This document shows, in pieces, positions 11,613 to 23,223 of a DNA stretch of 37,242 nucleotides. Every line of letters begins with the position of its first letter. Positions within the stretch are counted from its first letter, which is position 1. The stretch is from contig NC_069007.1 in assembly GCF_001194135.2 (NCBI RefSeq), forward strand, positions 8,867,002-8,904,243. Reading direction: 5' to 3'. This DNA comes from Octopus bimaculoides (taxonomy: Eukaryota). Both the position numbers and the translations under genes were made by a program. Under the pieces are notes generated by a model. The model made no database searches. It worked only from the letters and a program-made list of their open reading frames with translations, and was not told the origin of the DNA.

Positions 11613-11920
11613 CTTTGTCAGCCTAGTACTTATTCTATCTGTCTCTTTTGCCGAACCGCTAAGTTACGGGGACGTAAACACACCACCATCGGTTGTCAAG
11701 CAATGTTGGGGGGACAAACACAGACAAACAAACACACATATATATATACACATACGACGGGCTTCTTTCAGTTTCCGCCTACCAAATCCACTCACAAGGC
11801 TTTGGTCGGCCCAAGGCTATAGTAGAAGACACTTGCCCAAGGTGCCATGCAGTGGGACTGAACCCGGAACCATGTGGTTGGTTAGCAAGCTACTTACCAC
11901 ACAGCCACTCCTACGCCTAT
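11613..11920 (-). mobile_element. tRNA-derived SINE, family 2 (tail also seen at 10513-10556)
   Basis: Revcomp begins ataggcgtaggagtggctgtgtggtaagtagcttgct...ggttccgggttcagtcccactgc (A/B-box-like); homologous to 25942 and 29286. Confidence 0.85.
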
Positions 11921-12035
11921 TCATAATTATTTCAAATCACTTGATGAATATCTAAATATTCTGTCATACAGTAACGAATTACATTCAGTAATACTTTCCT
12001 AATAATCACTAAACATAGAGTAGAACTCTACTTAC

Positions 12036-12071
12036 CTGATGGAGAACGAGATATGCCAGATACACCTGTTC
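12036..12071 (-). CDS. 36-nt micro-exon, family A, peptide GTGVSGISRSPS
   Basis: cattttcttgcAG|GAACAGGTGTATCTGGCATATCTCGTTCTCCATCAG|GTaagt. Phase 1-1, open. Confidence 0.8.
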
Positions 12072-12525
12072 CTGCAAGAAAATGGCAATTTATTTGCATC
12101 ATATGTTGTTTTGGGATTGTTAATAATACAATTATTCTATATGAGGAGATAACGAAAAGTAACCAGAAACACTCTCTGTGTGACAAGCCTGTTGTAGTTC
12201 AGGCTTCTGTCATTAGAAGCCACTTGATGTGACCCTCAGGCATCTACCTGCTGACTGGCAGCATCCAGTGAGGTTGTACTGGTACATGGTGTATCTTTGT
12301 TTTGCAGTGCTTCTCTCCTGTTTGTTAATTTTTGCAATGGCTGAAACGAAGAAACAGCATGCTTGTGTGAAATTCTATTTTCCCCTGGGGAAAATGGTGG
12401 CTGAAACAGTTGCTATGCTTCAAACTGCTTACAAGGATGCTGCCATGAGCAAAACACAAGTTTACCATTGATTTTCATGTTTTAGGAATGGTTCCTTGTC
12501 ACTTGAAGACCAATCTCATTCAGGG

Positions 12526-12941
12526 TGTAGTAACACCTTATAGCAGACGACTGTTATATGTTCAATGTCCGGAGTTTTATCCACGCATGTGCAGGGACTA
12601 GTTCCGGAAGGAATACAGGAAGAGTCTCATGCGTTGAGTTCGGCACCCAGCTTTGGCGCCTATTCTCAGTCTCTTCGTTGACTGATCTCCGTCGAGCCAA
12701 GACGTCCAACAGAGCTCTCTCACATGCCAGCACCAGAGCTTCACAAACAACCACGGAAATCATTCAGAAGGCGTCTCAGTAACCGAGGACGACGAGCTAC
12801 CGAATTCCCTCCAAGTGTGAACTGAATTCCACTGTAAATAAATATTGTTATGTTGTTCAGAATCTGCGTTCCGTTGTTTCTTCTAGAAATTTAATGTACG
12901 GAAGCGGTGTACACCTAATGATGTATAACCACTTCCCTACA
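12526..12941. mobile_element. Solo LTR, 416 bp
   Basis: TGTAG...CTACA termini with 4-bp TSD AGGG (12522-12525, 12942-12945) and an internal AATAAA. Removing it restores the mariner frame. Confidence 0.85.
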
Positions 12942-13280
12942 AGGGTAATTGATGACCTCCTGAGCGAATGAAAACATCATGGAAATTCATGAACCGGTCT
13001 TAGAGGACTGTTGCCAAACAACTGAAAAACTCGTTGATATGACTGGTGTGTTCTGGAGCTCCTGCCAACAAATTTTGAGCGAGGAATTGCGAATGAAAAG
13101 AGTTGCAGCAAAATTTATGTCTCGCTTGCTCACAAAAGTGTGAGACAGTTTTTGACAAAAAATGGCATGACCCTACTTACCCCCCCCCTTCTTATTCACT
13201 TGATTTTGCTCCCTGTGACTTCTTTTTGTTCCCCTGAATGAAAAGGGTCTTTAAAGGAAAACGTTTTGCAGATGTGGAAG

Positions 13281-13729
13281 GTGGTGAGCTGGTAGAATCG
13301 TTAGCACGCCGAGCGAAATGCTTAGCGGTATTTCATCTGCCGCTACGTTCTGAGTTCAAATTCCGCCGAGGTCGACTTTGCCTTTCAGCCTTTTGGGGTC
13401 GATAAATTAAGTACCAGTTACGCACTGGAGTCAATGTAATCGACTTAGTCCCTTTGTCTGTCCTTGTTTGTCCCCTCTATGTTTAGCCCCTTGTGGGCAA
13501 TAAAGAAATAAGAAACGTTAGCATGCCAGGCGAAATGCTTAGCGGTATTTCATCTGCCGCTACGTTCTGAATTCAAATTCTGCCGAGATCGACTTTACCT
13601 TTCATCCTTTCGGGGTTGATAAATTAAGTACCAGTTACGCACTGATGATCGATGTAATCGACTTAATCCCTTTGTCTGTCCTTGTTTGTCCCCTCTGTGT
13701 GTAGCCCCTTGTGGACAGTAAAGAAATAA
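13281..13729 (+). mobile_element. Tandem dimer of tRNA-derived SINE family 3
   Basis: Full copy (gtggtgagctggtagaatcgttagc...gagttcaaattcc...aataaagaaata) followed by a 5'-shortened second copy; both lie inside one TSD, agatgtggaag. Confidence 0.85.
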
Positions 13730-14182
13730 GATGTGGAAGACATGAAGGAAAAAAACGATGGACATGTTAAAAGCCATCACTTCATAAGTGTTCCAACACT
13801 GCTTCGAACAGTGGAAAATGTGTTTGGACCGATGCATTACTTTAAATGGAGAATACTTTGAAGGGGATAATTGTATAAACATATAAAACTAAGTGAATAA
13901 AATGATATTGCAAAATTCCGGTTTCTTTTGGGTACCTCTTCATATGTCACATGTATGATTTTATTAAATAAATAATAGTAATTAAAAAAAAGAATACACC
14001 ATATTTATTTAGAGATTTTTTAAAGATTTGCAGACCAAACCATTAAGACTGTATATCATAAAGATGTGAACGAAACAAAACCATTATTTTCTCTCACTGT
14101 CATGCTATACTTTGTACTGTAATTATAACAATTCCTGCTAAATTGAAATAACAATGCATGTAGAATGTCTTCAAAAATACTA

Positions 14183-15412
14183 TTGGGTTATTCAGAAAGT
14201 TCATGCCAATTTTTAAGGAAAATTAAAAGACAAAACAAAATTGTCATTAAATATTTAATCAACTAATTATGAACCATTTTGATGTACAACCTTTCCCCAT
14301 CTTTCCTTCAACTTAAAGATTCTGTCTTCCAGGAATCTCAGTGGTTTCTTGGCAAAAAAACTCATTAAGGTGGTTTTTTATGTCCTCCAAAGAATTAAAA
14401 TCTTTACCATTGAGATTATTTTGCAAGGATCTAAATAAATGAAAATCCAAAGGAGCAATGTCTGGTGAATGTGGCAGGTGGGGTAACACATCCCAGCCAA
14501 GCTGCAACAATTTTTGACAGGCCACCAAGAGATGTGAGGTTTGGCATTACCATGATGGAAAACAACATCTTTCCTGTTTGCCAATTCTGGGCATTTTTCA
14601 TGAATTGCTGCCTTTAAATCGTCCATATGCGAGTTGTACTTCTCAGAATTAATTGACTGGTTACTTGACAGAAGCACATAGTATAGGATTCCTTTCCATT
14701 CTCACCAGATGCAGAGCATGACTTTCTTGGGATGAAGATCTACATTTGGGGTGGTTAAAGGTGGCTCATGTCGCTTACCCCAGGATCTTTTTCACTGAAC
14801 ATTGTTGTAAATGATTCATTTCTCATCACCCATTATAATTTGCTTCAAAAAAGGTGCATTTTCAAAAGATTCTTTTCACTCAGATCATGTGATACCCAAA
14901 CATTGTAGTGATTTGAGTAGAGTACCCAAACTTCACTAAGTGCTCATGGATGGTGGGGTTTGATAAATTTAGTGTTTCTGTCAATTACTGCATTGTGTAA
15001 TGTGGGTTATTCTCAATAAATGTCTTGATTTGGTCATCATTTGAAGTGGTGGGGGTCTTCCTGAGCGTTCTTTATCAATAAGGCGACAATCACTAACTCT
15101 AAACGTAGTGAACCACTTCTGTACAGTTCCGTCAGCTAAATCACCTTCACTGTACACGGCACATATCTTTTTTGTTACCTGTGAGGCATTTTTGCCTTTA
15201 CAGTAATAAAACAGCATCAAGTGTCCTAAAATGCACCTTATAATCTTCCATTTTCATAGGGCTGCAAAATCGCCCCAAATTAAGTAATTTTAAACTTTCT
15301 TTCTCAAGAGATAGTTTGAAGTGTGCACTAACAGAAATGTCGATAAATTTGACATGTTCTAACATGGAACATGAATGACTAAAAATCAGCATGAAGTTTC
15401 CAAACAACTCAA
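14183..15412 (-). mobile_element. Decayed full-length mariner transposon, 1230 bp
   Basis: TIRs ttgggttattcagaaagttcatgccaatttt / revcomp ttgagttgtttggaaacttcatgctgatttt with TA TSD (14181-14182, 15413-15414). Motifs MLFYYCKGKNASQ...WFTTFR...ERSGRP and LGWDVLPHLPHSPDIAPLDFHLFRSLQN. Empty site at 33468. Confidence 0.9.
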
Positions 15413-15646
15413 TACTTTTGTCCACCACACATTCATTTACTATTTTAAGAATGTATTACTCTACAAATTTCATACATATTTTGTGATTCTTCTATTTTAA
15501 TCTTCAATTTTTGTTAAATCATCTTAGCTACATTGTTTCATACAAAACTAATCTAAAAAGGAGGACTTAAATGACAGTTATAATGAATGAATAAGTATAG
15601 ACAGAATATAAAGACATTTTATTTGTTGATATTAAAATTTTCATAC

Positions 15647-15676
15647 CGGTTTGAGAACCTTTTGAAACAGTTGCCC
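15647..15676 (-). CDS. 30-nt micro-exon, family G, peptide GATVSKGSQT
   Basis: attctttgattacAG|GGGCAACTGTTTCAAAAGGTTCTCAAACCG|GTatga. Phase 1-1, open. Confidence 0.78.
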
Positions 15677-15872
15677 CTGTAATCAAAGAATAAATATCCA
15701 TTCAGTTCTTGTGATACAACATTTAAGCTGATATGTGTTACAAAAACAAATTACCCTATTGTGTAAATATTTCAGTAAATGTGGAAAATTACATTCAATG
15801 TTTAAACTAAAGACATTTCTAGATAAATGTAGCAGTAAATAAATTGCAAATGGTTTAATTACAATCAAACTC

Positions 15873-16075
15873 AGCTTGCGAAGACCTGTTGGGGCAAGTG
15901 AGATCAAAACTGAACCAAATTTGTTGACTGGCACCCATGCCAGTGTAGCACTAACAGCACCATCTGAGCGGGATCACTGCCAGAGCAGCGGTCTCGCTCC
16001 CATGCCGGTGGCACGTAAAAAGCACCATTTGAGCGCGATCGTTTCCAGCTTCACCTTACTGGTTAGAGGGGATTT
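15873..16075 (+). repeat. Fragment of interspersed repeat related to 27765-28196 (family 4)
   Basis: GC-richer island with shared motifs gcaagtgagatc and ggtggcacgtaaaaagcacc...tttgagc; boundaries approximate. Confidence 0.5.
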
Positions 16076-16319
16076 CTTCAAGAAAAACAAATACATACTC
16101 ACAGCATACGTTAAACTCCCAATATATATCATGTACACTAATGTTCGACATGACTTAACCTGGCAAGGCTGATTGAATCTGATGAGAATTAGCTTCTTAT
16201 GTTATTCATAATTGAAATAAAACACTTGATGTTAGGCTGAAGTTCTATCACTGAATAACTCATTGTATCCAGTAATACTTTCACTGTGATGGCTAATCAT
16301 ACAATAAAACTGTACTTAC

Positions 16320-16355
16320 CTGTTGGAGTAACAGATGGGCCAGCTATTCTGGGGA
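16320..16355 (-). CDS. 36-nt micro-exon, family B, peptide VPRIAGPSVTPT
   Basis: actttattgcAG|TCCCCAGAATAGCTGGCCCATCTGTTACTCCAACAG|GTaagt. Phase 1-1, open. Confidence 0.82.
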
Positions 16356-17000
16356 CTGCAATAAAGTATTAGCGATTTTGTATTAGAATCTCTTTTAATC
16401 TTATTAACTTATAGCAATCCTTAATATGTTATAGATATACTTTTAAATCTTACAGTATATTTTTGTTTAAATAATATCCACGGGCTATAGAGAGAAGTAA
16501 GTTTTTTGATATTTATTTGATATTTATTTTATTTTTGACCAGTATTATCTAAGATCATAACCTGCTGCTTGGTTCTAAGTTGACTCTACATATTTCTATA
16601 ACTAATGTAGTGGTCTTTTGTTCAGTAAGTGATGTGTAAGCGTTTCACCATGTGTCACATGTTCTATTAGAACCAACAAGACTAAAGTCATGTCAGTCAT
16701 TTATTGGAATTGGTTTTTGGGGTAATATAATTTTCAGTCTCTCAGTAACATTGATTGTAAAGTTTCCTCAGTCTTGATTTCACAAGAGGTGGACATTTAC
16801 AGCCGACACCAACAAATAAAGATCAAATGTTACCTTTGAATTTTCTTTTTGCTTCTTTCAGATTGTATGAAGCTAACTAAAACTAACTCAAAACTGATGT
16901 TATATTCTGTGACAGACAAGGTAAACTTAGACACCTAGCAAGTACTTTCATTATATTGACTAAACACATAATGGACTTGTTTAGTATTAAATATACAAAC

Positions 17001-17036
17001 CTGCTGAAGAAACTGTTGGACTACCTGTGCTTGTAG
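17001..17036 (-). CDS. 36-nt micro-exon, family D, peptide ATSTGSPTVSSA
   Basis: tttctctattgcAG|CTACAAGCACAGGTAGTCCAACAGTTTCTTCAGCAG|GTttgt. Phase 1-1, open. Confidence 0.78.
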
Positions 17037-17670
17037 CTGCAATAGAGAAATGATTTATTTGTATTATACAATTTTACACAGTTAATAAATTACATAAGTT
17101 TTTGCTAACTAATTGTGTACAGATGCATTTTTAGAAAAGGGTTTGTTTAAAATAATGTAATATACATACAGGATTATATATGTATATATTATATTGTAGT
17201 AGAGACAACATGTTCTTGTCTATCCCCTTAACTCCTTGGAGATTTTAGGTATAATTATACTAATGTGTCCATCTGTTCTGATTTAATTAAATTCTATGTC
17301 TCTGTGCAGCTGAGGATTGTTCTGCATTTTAAATTGATGCAATGATTGCATTGTTCAATTAAATGGAGTTGCATGAAACAATCGTACTGCATTACCTCTG
17401 GATATCCTTGTTGTTTATTTTGATTTTAATCACCTTACTTTGAAATTGTATGGATAATACCTGTACTAAATTTTGGTGCCTCAACATAAGTACCATATTC
17501 ACCTGAATTTAAATATATATATATATATATAAAACCAATATCTAAAAGGAACATTTAAAGTTTTCTTAAAATTATGTTTAAACAATCCAGTTTTATTATG
17601 TTTCGCAGTAATTTTCTTTCATGATATTTTCAACAGTAAATATGCTGAATATTTAAGCACAAAATAAAGA

Positions 17671-17870
17671 AGGCATCCTTGTGTAGTAAAGAGTTTGCTC
17701 CCCAACATTGTGGTTCCATATCAAGTCCCACTGGGTGACAGGTTACTTTGGGCAAGTGTCTTCTACTATAGCCTCAAGCCAGCCAAAACCCTGTCAGTAG
17801 ATTTGATTAAGAGAACCAGAGAAAAGCTTGTCATATATACACATGTGTGTGTGTGTGGCTGTGTGAATGT
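17671..17870 (+). mobile_element. Old degenerate SINE family 2 fragment
   Basis: Retains tttgggcaagtgtcttctactatagcctc and a (TG)n segment. Confidence 0.65.
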
Positions 17871-17925
17871 GTATCCAGTAATATTTTCACAGGGATGACT
17901 AAACATACAATAAAACTGTACTTAC

Positions 17926-17961
17926 CTGTTGGAGTAACAGATGGACCAGCTATTCTGGGGA
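17926..17961 (-). CDS. 36-nt micro-exon, family B, peptide VPRIAGPSVTPT
   Basis: actttattgcAG|TCCCCAGAATAGCTGGTCCATCTGTTACTCCAACAG|GTaagt. One synonymous change versus 16320. Confidence 0.82.
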
Positions 17962-18246
17962 CTGCAATAAAGTATTAACGATTTTGTATTAGAATCTCTT
18001 TTAATCTTAAGAACTTATAGAAATGTTTAATATGTCCCATGAAGTTATGATAAAATTTTTATATTTCTTGTTTTCATAGAAAATTGAAAATCTTTCTTCA
18101 AAAACCTGAAAATATTTTTTATTTTAATTGAAATACAAATAAAGAGAAAAGGAAAGAGTGATCAATATTGAGAAAGAGAGTGAAAGACAATTAGAAAACG
18201 AATATATTAATAGGCTAAGGTTGAAATGTGTTATGCTGCCATATGA

Positions 18247-18580
18247 TTGTTGTTGTTGTTGGCACTCTGTCGCTTATGACGTCGAGGGTCCCAGTTGATC
18301 CGATCAACGGAACAGCCTGCTCGTGAAATTAACGTGTAAGTGGCTGAGCACTCCACAGACACGTGTACCCTTAACGTAGTTCTCGGGGATATTCAGCGTG
18401 ATACAGTGTAACAAGGCTGACCCTTTGAATTACAGGCACAACAGAAACAGGAGGTAAGAGTGAGAGGAAGTTGTGGTGAAAGAGTACAGCAGGGTTTGCC
18501 ACCATCCCCTGTTGGAGCCTCGTGGAACTTTAGGTGTTTTCGCTCAATAAACACTCACAACGCCCGGTCTGGGAATTGAA
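18247..18580 (-). mobile_element. tRNA-derived SINE family 1 (head lost in gap)
   Basis: Reverse complement of the 34359 copy, with a (TTG)n tail. Confidence 0.88.
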
Positions 18581-19304
18581 NNNNNNNNNNNNNNNNNNNN
18601 NNNNNNNNNNNNNNNNNNNNNNNNNNNNNNNNNNNNNNNNNNNNNNNNNNNNNNNNNNNNNNNNNNNNNNNNNNNNNNNNNNNNNNNNNNNNNNNNNNNN
18701 NNNNNNNNNNNNNNNNNNNNNNNNNNNNNNNNNNNNNNNNNNNNNNNNNNNNNNNNNNNNNNNNNNNNNNNNNNNNNNNNNNNNNNNNNNNNNNNNNNNN
18801 NNNNNNNNNNNNNNNNNNNNNNNNNNNNNNNNNNNNNNNNNNNNNNNNNNNNNNNNNNNNNNNNNNNNNNNNNNNNNNNNNNNNNNNNNNNNNNNNNNNN
18901 NNNNNNNNNNNNNNNNNNNNNNNNNNNNNNNNNNNNNNNNNNNNNNNNNNNNNNNNNNNNNNNNNNNNNNNNNNNNNNNNNNNNNNNNNNNNNNNNNNNN
19001 NNNNNNNNNNNNNNNNNNNNNNNNNNNNNNNNNNNNNNNNNNNNNNNNNNNNNNNNNNNNNNNNNNNNNNNNNNNNNNNNNNNNNNNNNNNNNNNNNNNN
19101 NNNNNNNNNNNNNNNNNNNNNNNNNNNNNNNNNNNNNNNNNNNNNNNNNNNNNNNNNNNNNNNNNNNNNNNNNNNNNNNNNNNNNNNNNNNNNNNNNNNN
19201 NNNNNNNNNNNNNNNNNNNNNNNNNNNNNNNNNNNNNNNNNNNNNNNNNNNNNNNNNNNNNNNNNNNNNNNNNNNNNNNNNNNNNNNNNNNNNNNNNNNN
19301 NNNN

Positions 19305-19560
19305 AAGAGAAGCTGCACATATAAAACATAACTTAGAAACAGCGCCACAGATGTACCAACACACATGAGATTGAAACATAGCAGACCTCACGCACTTCTC
19401 ATGAGGAATTCTGGAAGGAGCTTCATGAGACCACTGCTGAGACGCTGCCGAAAAAAAGAAAACCGTTGGAAAACAGTTGATAGCAGAGACTCCATCTAAG
19501 AAGATCTGAAGAAGGAATTGTAATTCCGAAATATCATCAGACTATAGATAACCAAATTAC
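19305..19560 (+). mobile_element. 3' end of a second Penelope-like element
   Basis: Starts at a gap with REAAHIKHN, resembling the end of a GIY-YIG endonuclease (weak match), and ends with a hammerhead motif typical of PLE terminal repeats. Confidence 0.55.
19503..19538 (+). ncRNA. Minimal type I hammerhead ribozyme motif
   Basis: GAU CUGAAGA A GGAAU-UGUA-AUUCC GAAA UA UC AUC. Stem I GAU/AUC, perfect 5-bp stem II, intact core, AUC cleavage triplet, palindromic AUAU stem III. Confidence 0.65.
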
Positions 19561-20439
19561 AACAGGTATATAGTCCATTTTTTTGTATTATAGTGCATTG
19601 TTGTTCCATTCTAAATTTTTTATTCTTTAAAATTCTAATATCAAACTTTTTATATCTTCCATCTATCGATCTATTTATCTATCCACCATTGGCATATACC
19701 TCAATTGCTTGAGGGAGAAAAAAGGCTTACATAGACGTGATTGTAAACTTATAGATGTAGATGTAGATGCTATTAGTTTTTAGAAATCATTATTCAAGCT
19801 TTGTACTGACAGCAAAAAAAAAAAGTAGATATAAAGAAACAAGTGAAACGAAATGAAATAACCATGGCTGGAAAATTGGCAAACAGCTTAGACTGAGGTT
19901 TGCTTCTGAAAACTATAATGTAGCAGGGGTGAGCAAAAGTGGAAAGTATATATTTTTTTTACTGAACTAAATTCTTCTACATTGCCAATCACTTAAAGCA
20001 TGCATGTAAGTGCAATTGTTTAGTTCCTGTTCACTTGAAAATTGATATTTGTGTATAAAATATGGATGACAGACAATGTTAGCTAACAATAGAAAGACTG
20101 ACATTGTATGTACAACAATGTAAAGAGAAACGGATGTCAGACATTTATTGGAATTGGTTTTTGAGGTAATATAGTTTTCAGTCTATCAGTAACATTGACT
20201 GTAAAATTTCCTCAGTCTTGGTTTCACAAGAGGTGGACATTTACAGCCGACACCAACAAGTAGAGATCAAATGTTACTTTTGAATTTGCTTCTTTTAGAT
20301 TGCATGAAACTAATTAAAACTAACTCAAAACTAATAAGTTATATTCTGTGACAGACAAGGTAAACTTAGACACCTAGCAAGTACTTTCATTATATTGACT
20401 AAACATATAGTGGACTTGTTTAGTATTAAATATACAAAC

Positions 20440-20475
20440 CTGCTGAAGAAACTGTTGGAGTACCTGTGCTTGAAG
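20440..20475 (-). CDS. 36-nt micro-exon, family D, peptide ASSTGTPTVSSA
   Basis: tttctctattgcAG|CTTCAAGCACAGGTACTCCAACAGTTTCTTCAGCAG|GTttgt. Phase 1-1, open. Confidence 0.78.
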
Positions 20476-21263
20476 CTGCAATAGAGAAATAATTTATTTG
20501 TATTATACACTTTTACACACACATATATATTATATGGGAGCAACAAAAGCTTTTCACAAGACATTCCCATATAGTTCTCATTAGAAGCATATTTGTAGAA
20601 CATTTCATTTCGAAATACCCACTTTCCCTAAACTTAGGAAGACACAAATTCAGTGGGGCATTCTTGTGTAGTCATGCCATATGTGTTAAAAGTATAGGGT
20701 CAAATACACAGTACACGATTTACTAGAAATACCAGCTACACACCACCAACTCACCCACTTCTATTCCGTTTTCCAAAAATAAAAGCATTTATCTGCAGAA
20801 AGTTCACAATAACTGAAATGACACCAACAACTTCAAATATCATTTTTATTTACTGTTTTCAGTGGTCAACCTATAAACAAACTTTGCTTTTTATAAGGAC
20901 ACAGATAATAACATATGTGTGTGTGTGGTGAGATGTATAACTGCAATAAGCTCTATTACTTTATATTGCTATAAGTATTACTTAAATAAGTATTATTTTA
21001 CATTCGTTTTATTTTTATATCTGCGGAAGATCAGTTTTGTTTCTTTTGCTGCCTATTTTCAGAATAGGCACCGTAAAAGATCACTTTCATTTTTTCCCTG
21101 CCTACCTTCAAAATAGAAAAACCATAACTTAGATTTCACTCCAATATTTTCCCTTTCTTTAGTGTATACCACATTAGAATTTATGAGGTCAGCAGTCATT
21201 TTCCTATCTCACTTCCTTACGGTAAGTACTTGCATGGGTCAGTGTAATACAATGTATTACAGT

Positions 21264-21264
<1 letters not shown>

Positions 21265-21315
<51 letters not shown>
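21265..21315. repeat. (AC)n microsatellite running into an N gap
   Basis: Direct reading. Similar tracts: (AT)n 1-42, (GA)n about 266-295, (AC)n about 3300-3318, (GA)n about 30125-30180 and 36330-36378. Confidence 0.95.
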
Positions 21316-22270
21316 NNNNNNNNNNNNNNNNNNNNNNNNNNNNNNNNNNNNNNNNNNNNNNNNNNNNNNNNNNNNNNNNNNNNNNNNNNNNNNNNNNNNN
21401 NNNNNNNNNNNNNNNNNNNNNNNNNNNNNNNNNNNNNNNNNNNNNNNNNNNNNNNNNNNNNNNNNNNNNNNNNNNNNNNNNNNNNNNNNNNNNNNNNNNN
21501 NNNNNNNNNNNNNNNNNNNNNNNNNNNNNNNNNNNNNNNNNNNNNNNNNNNNNNNNNNNNNNNNNNNNNNNNNNNNNNNNNNNNNNNNNNNNNNNNNNNN
21601 NNNNNNNNNNNNNNNNNNNNNNNNNNNNNNNNNNNNNNNNNNNNNNNNNNNNNNNNNNNNNNNNNNNNNNNNNNNNNNNNNNNNNNNNNNNNNNNNNNNN
21701 NNNNNNNNNNNNNNNNNNNNNNNNNNNNNNNNNNNNNNNNNNNNNNNNNNNNNNNNNNNNNNNNNNNNNNNNNNNNNNNNNNNNNNNNNNNNNNNNNNNN
21801 NNNNNNNNNNNNNNNNNNNNNNNNNNNNNNNNNNNNNNNNNNNNNNNNNNNNNNNNNNNNNNNNNNNNNNNNNNNNNNNNNNNNNNNNNNNNNNNNNNNN
21901 NNNNNNNNNNNNNNNNNNNNNNNNNNNNNNNNNNNNNNNNNNNNNNNNNNNNNNNNNNNNNNNNNNNNNNNNNNNNNNNNNNNNNNNNNNNNNNNNNNNN
22001 NNNNNNNNNNNNNNNNNNNNNNNNNNNNNNNNNNNNNNNNNNNNNNNNNNNNNNNNNNNNNNNNNNNATATTGTCTTTGAATGCTTGAAATGAGTGGTAG
22101 ATAGACAACCGACAACTGATGAAGGGTTGTTCTCTGTGTTACTTGTCCTGTTTTCCATTTTTTCTTTCGTTGTTTGCGTATCTAATTCGTTTCTTTCCAT
22201 ATATCATGTTGTTTACACAGTTGGTGACGTCCTGTACCCATATATGCATGTGTGTGTGTGTATGTGTATG

Positions 22271-22306
<36 letters not shown>

Positions 22307-22471
22307 CATGAAATTAAACATACATTATAAGGCATCCAGCTCAATTCATTCATTTAGGATGAGAACCCACTACAACATAATATGTAAAACATAATCTACA
22401 GAAGGGGACAGTAATTTCCATGTAAAGATTTAACAAATACAGGAATTATTTAGTGTTAAACATATATATAC

Positions 22472-22501
22472 CTGGGAAGGAAACAGATGGACCAACTGAA
22501 C
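22472..22501 (-). CDS. 30-nt micro-exon, family C, peptide GSVGPSVSFP
   Basis: aatcttttacAG|GTTCAGTTGGTCCATCTGTTTCCTTCCCAG|GTatat. Phase 1-1, open; flanks are homologous to those at 362 and 32302. Confidence 0.72.
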
Positions 22502-22860
22502 CTGTAAAAGATTGAAATATTTCTATTATAAACTGGTTTACAGAAAACATACTTCAAATGTACGTATATATTACAGAAGATTTGATTAGAAAACAACAGA
22601 GATTTACATATAAATTCACATATGACTATCTATGGATATTTCAAGTTGTTTAATTAAATACATGAATATACAATTCCTTTACAACGATAGACCATTGAGT
22701 ATGTCTGATTAAAACTCAATGACACACTGTCCTTTGTACTGTAGCACTTACTACTCACTTGGTGTAGCAATCTGAGTATCAACTCTTCAGAAATATTATT
22801 TTCACCCACCATCCATTCGTTCATTCATCATTTTAAAAACTCATTACTCCATCTATGTCG

Positions 22861-23223
22861 TGGAGGCGCAATGGCCCAGTGGTTAGGGCAGCGGACTCGC
22901 AGTCATAGGATCGCGGTTTCGATTCCCAGACCGGGCGTTGTGGGTGTTTATTGAGTGAAAACACCTAAAGCTCTATGAGGCTCCGGCAGGGGATGGTGGC
23001 GAACCCTGCTGTACTCTTCCACCACAACTTTCTCTCACTCTTACTTCCTGTTTCTGTTGTGCCTGTAATTCAAAAGGTCAGCCTTGTCACACTGTGTCAC
23101 GCTGAATATCCTCGAGAACTACGTTAAGGGCACACCTGTCTGTGGAGTGCTCAGCCACTTGCACGTTAATTTCACAAGCAGGCTGTTCCGTTGATCGGAT
23201 CAACTGGAACCCTCGACGTTGTA
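22861..23223 (+). mobile_element. tRNA(Arg)-like SINE family 1 (tail in gap)
   Basis: Head tggaggcgcaatggcccagtggttagggcagcggactcgcagtcataggatcgcggtttcgattccc with A box, B box and a TCG anticodon-like loop. Confidence 0.9.

Larger units (their letters stand above)
12142..13942 (+). mobile_element. Internally deleted mariner transposon carrying a nested solo LTR and a SINE dimer
   Basis: TIRs tgaggagataacgaaaagtaaccagaa / revcomp tgaagaggtacccaaaagaaaccggaa with TA TSD. Transposase pieces MAETKKQHACVKFYF...KTQVY, ILSEELRMKRVAAKFMSRLL, PPSYSLDFAPCDFFLFP and CFEQWKMCLDRCITLNGEYFEGD. Empty paralogous site near 29899. Confidence 0.88.

Noticed and set aside
16562-16585. Possible sixth micro-exon family (paralog near 26841)
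   Set aside because: The 24-nt reading has an in-frame TAG in phase 1 in both copies, and the donors (GTtatg, GTcatg) are poor; treated as duplicated intron.
22112-22140. CUGAUGAAGGG hammerhead-like start
   Set aside because: No downstream GAAA core half or closing stem could be found; probably part of an unclassified repeat at 22068-22250.
22861-22935. tRNA-Arg-like sequence (also 34359, 28650-28721, 13281 and 35878)
   Set aside because: These are SINE or repeat heads that continue into repeat bodies with tails and TSDs; acceptor stems do not close, so they are not tRNA genes.
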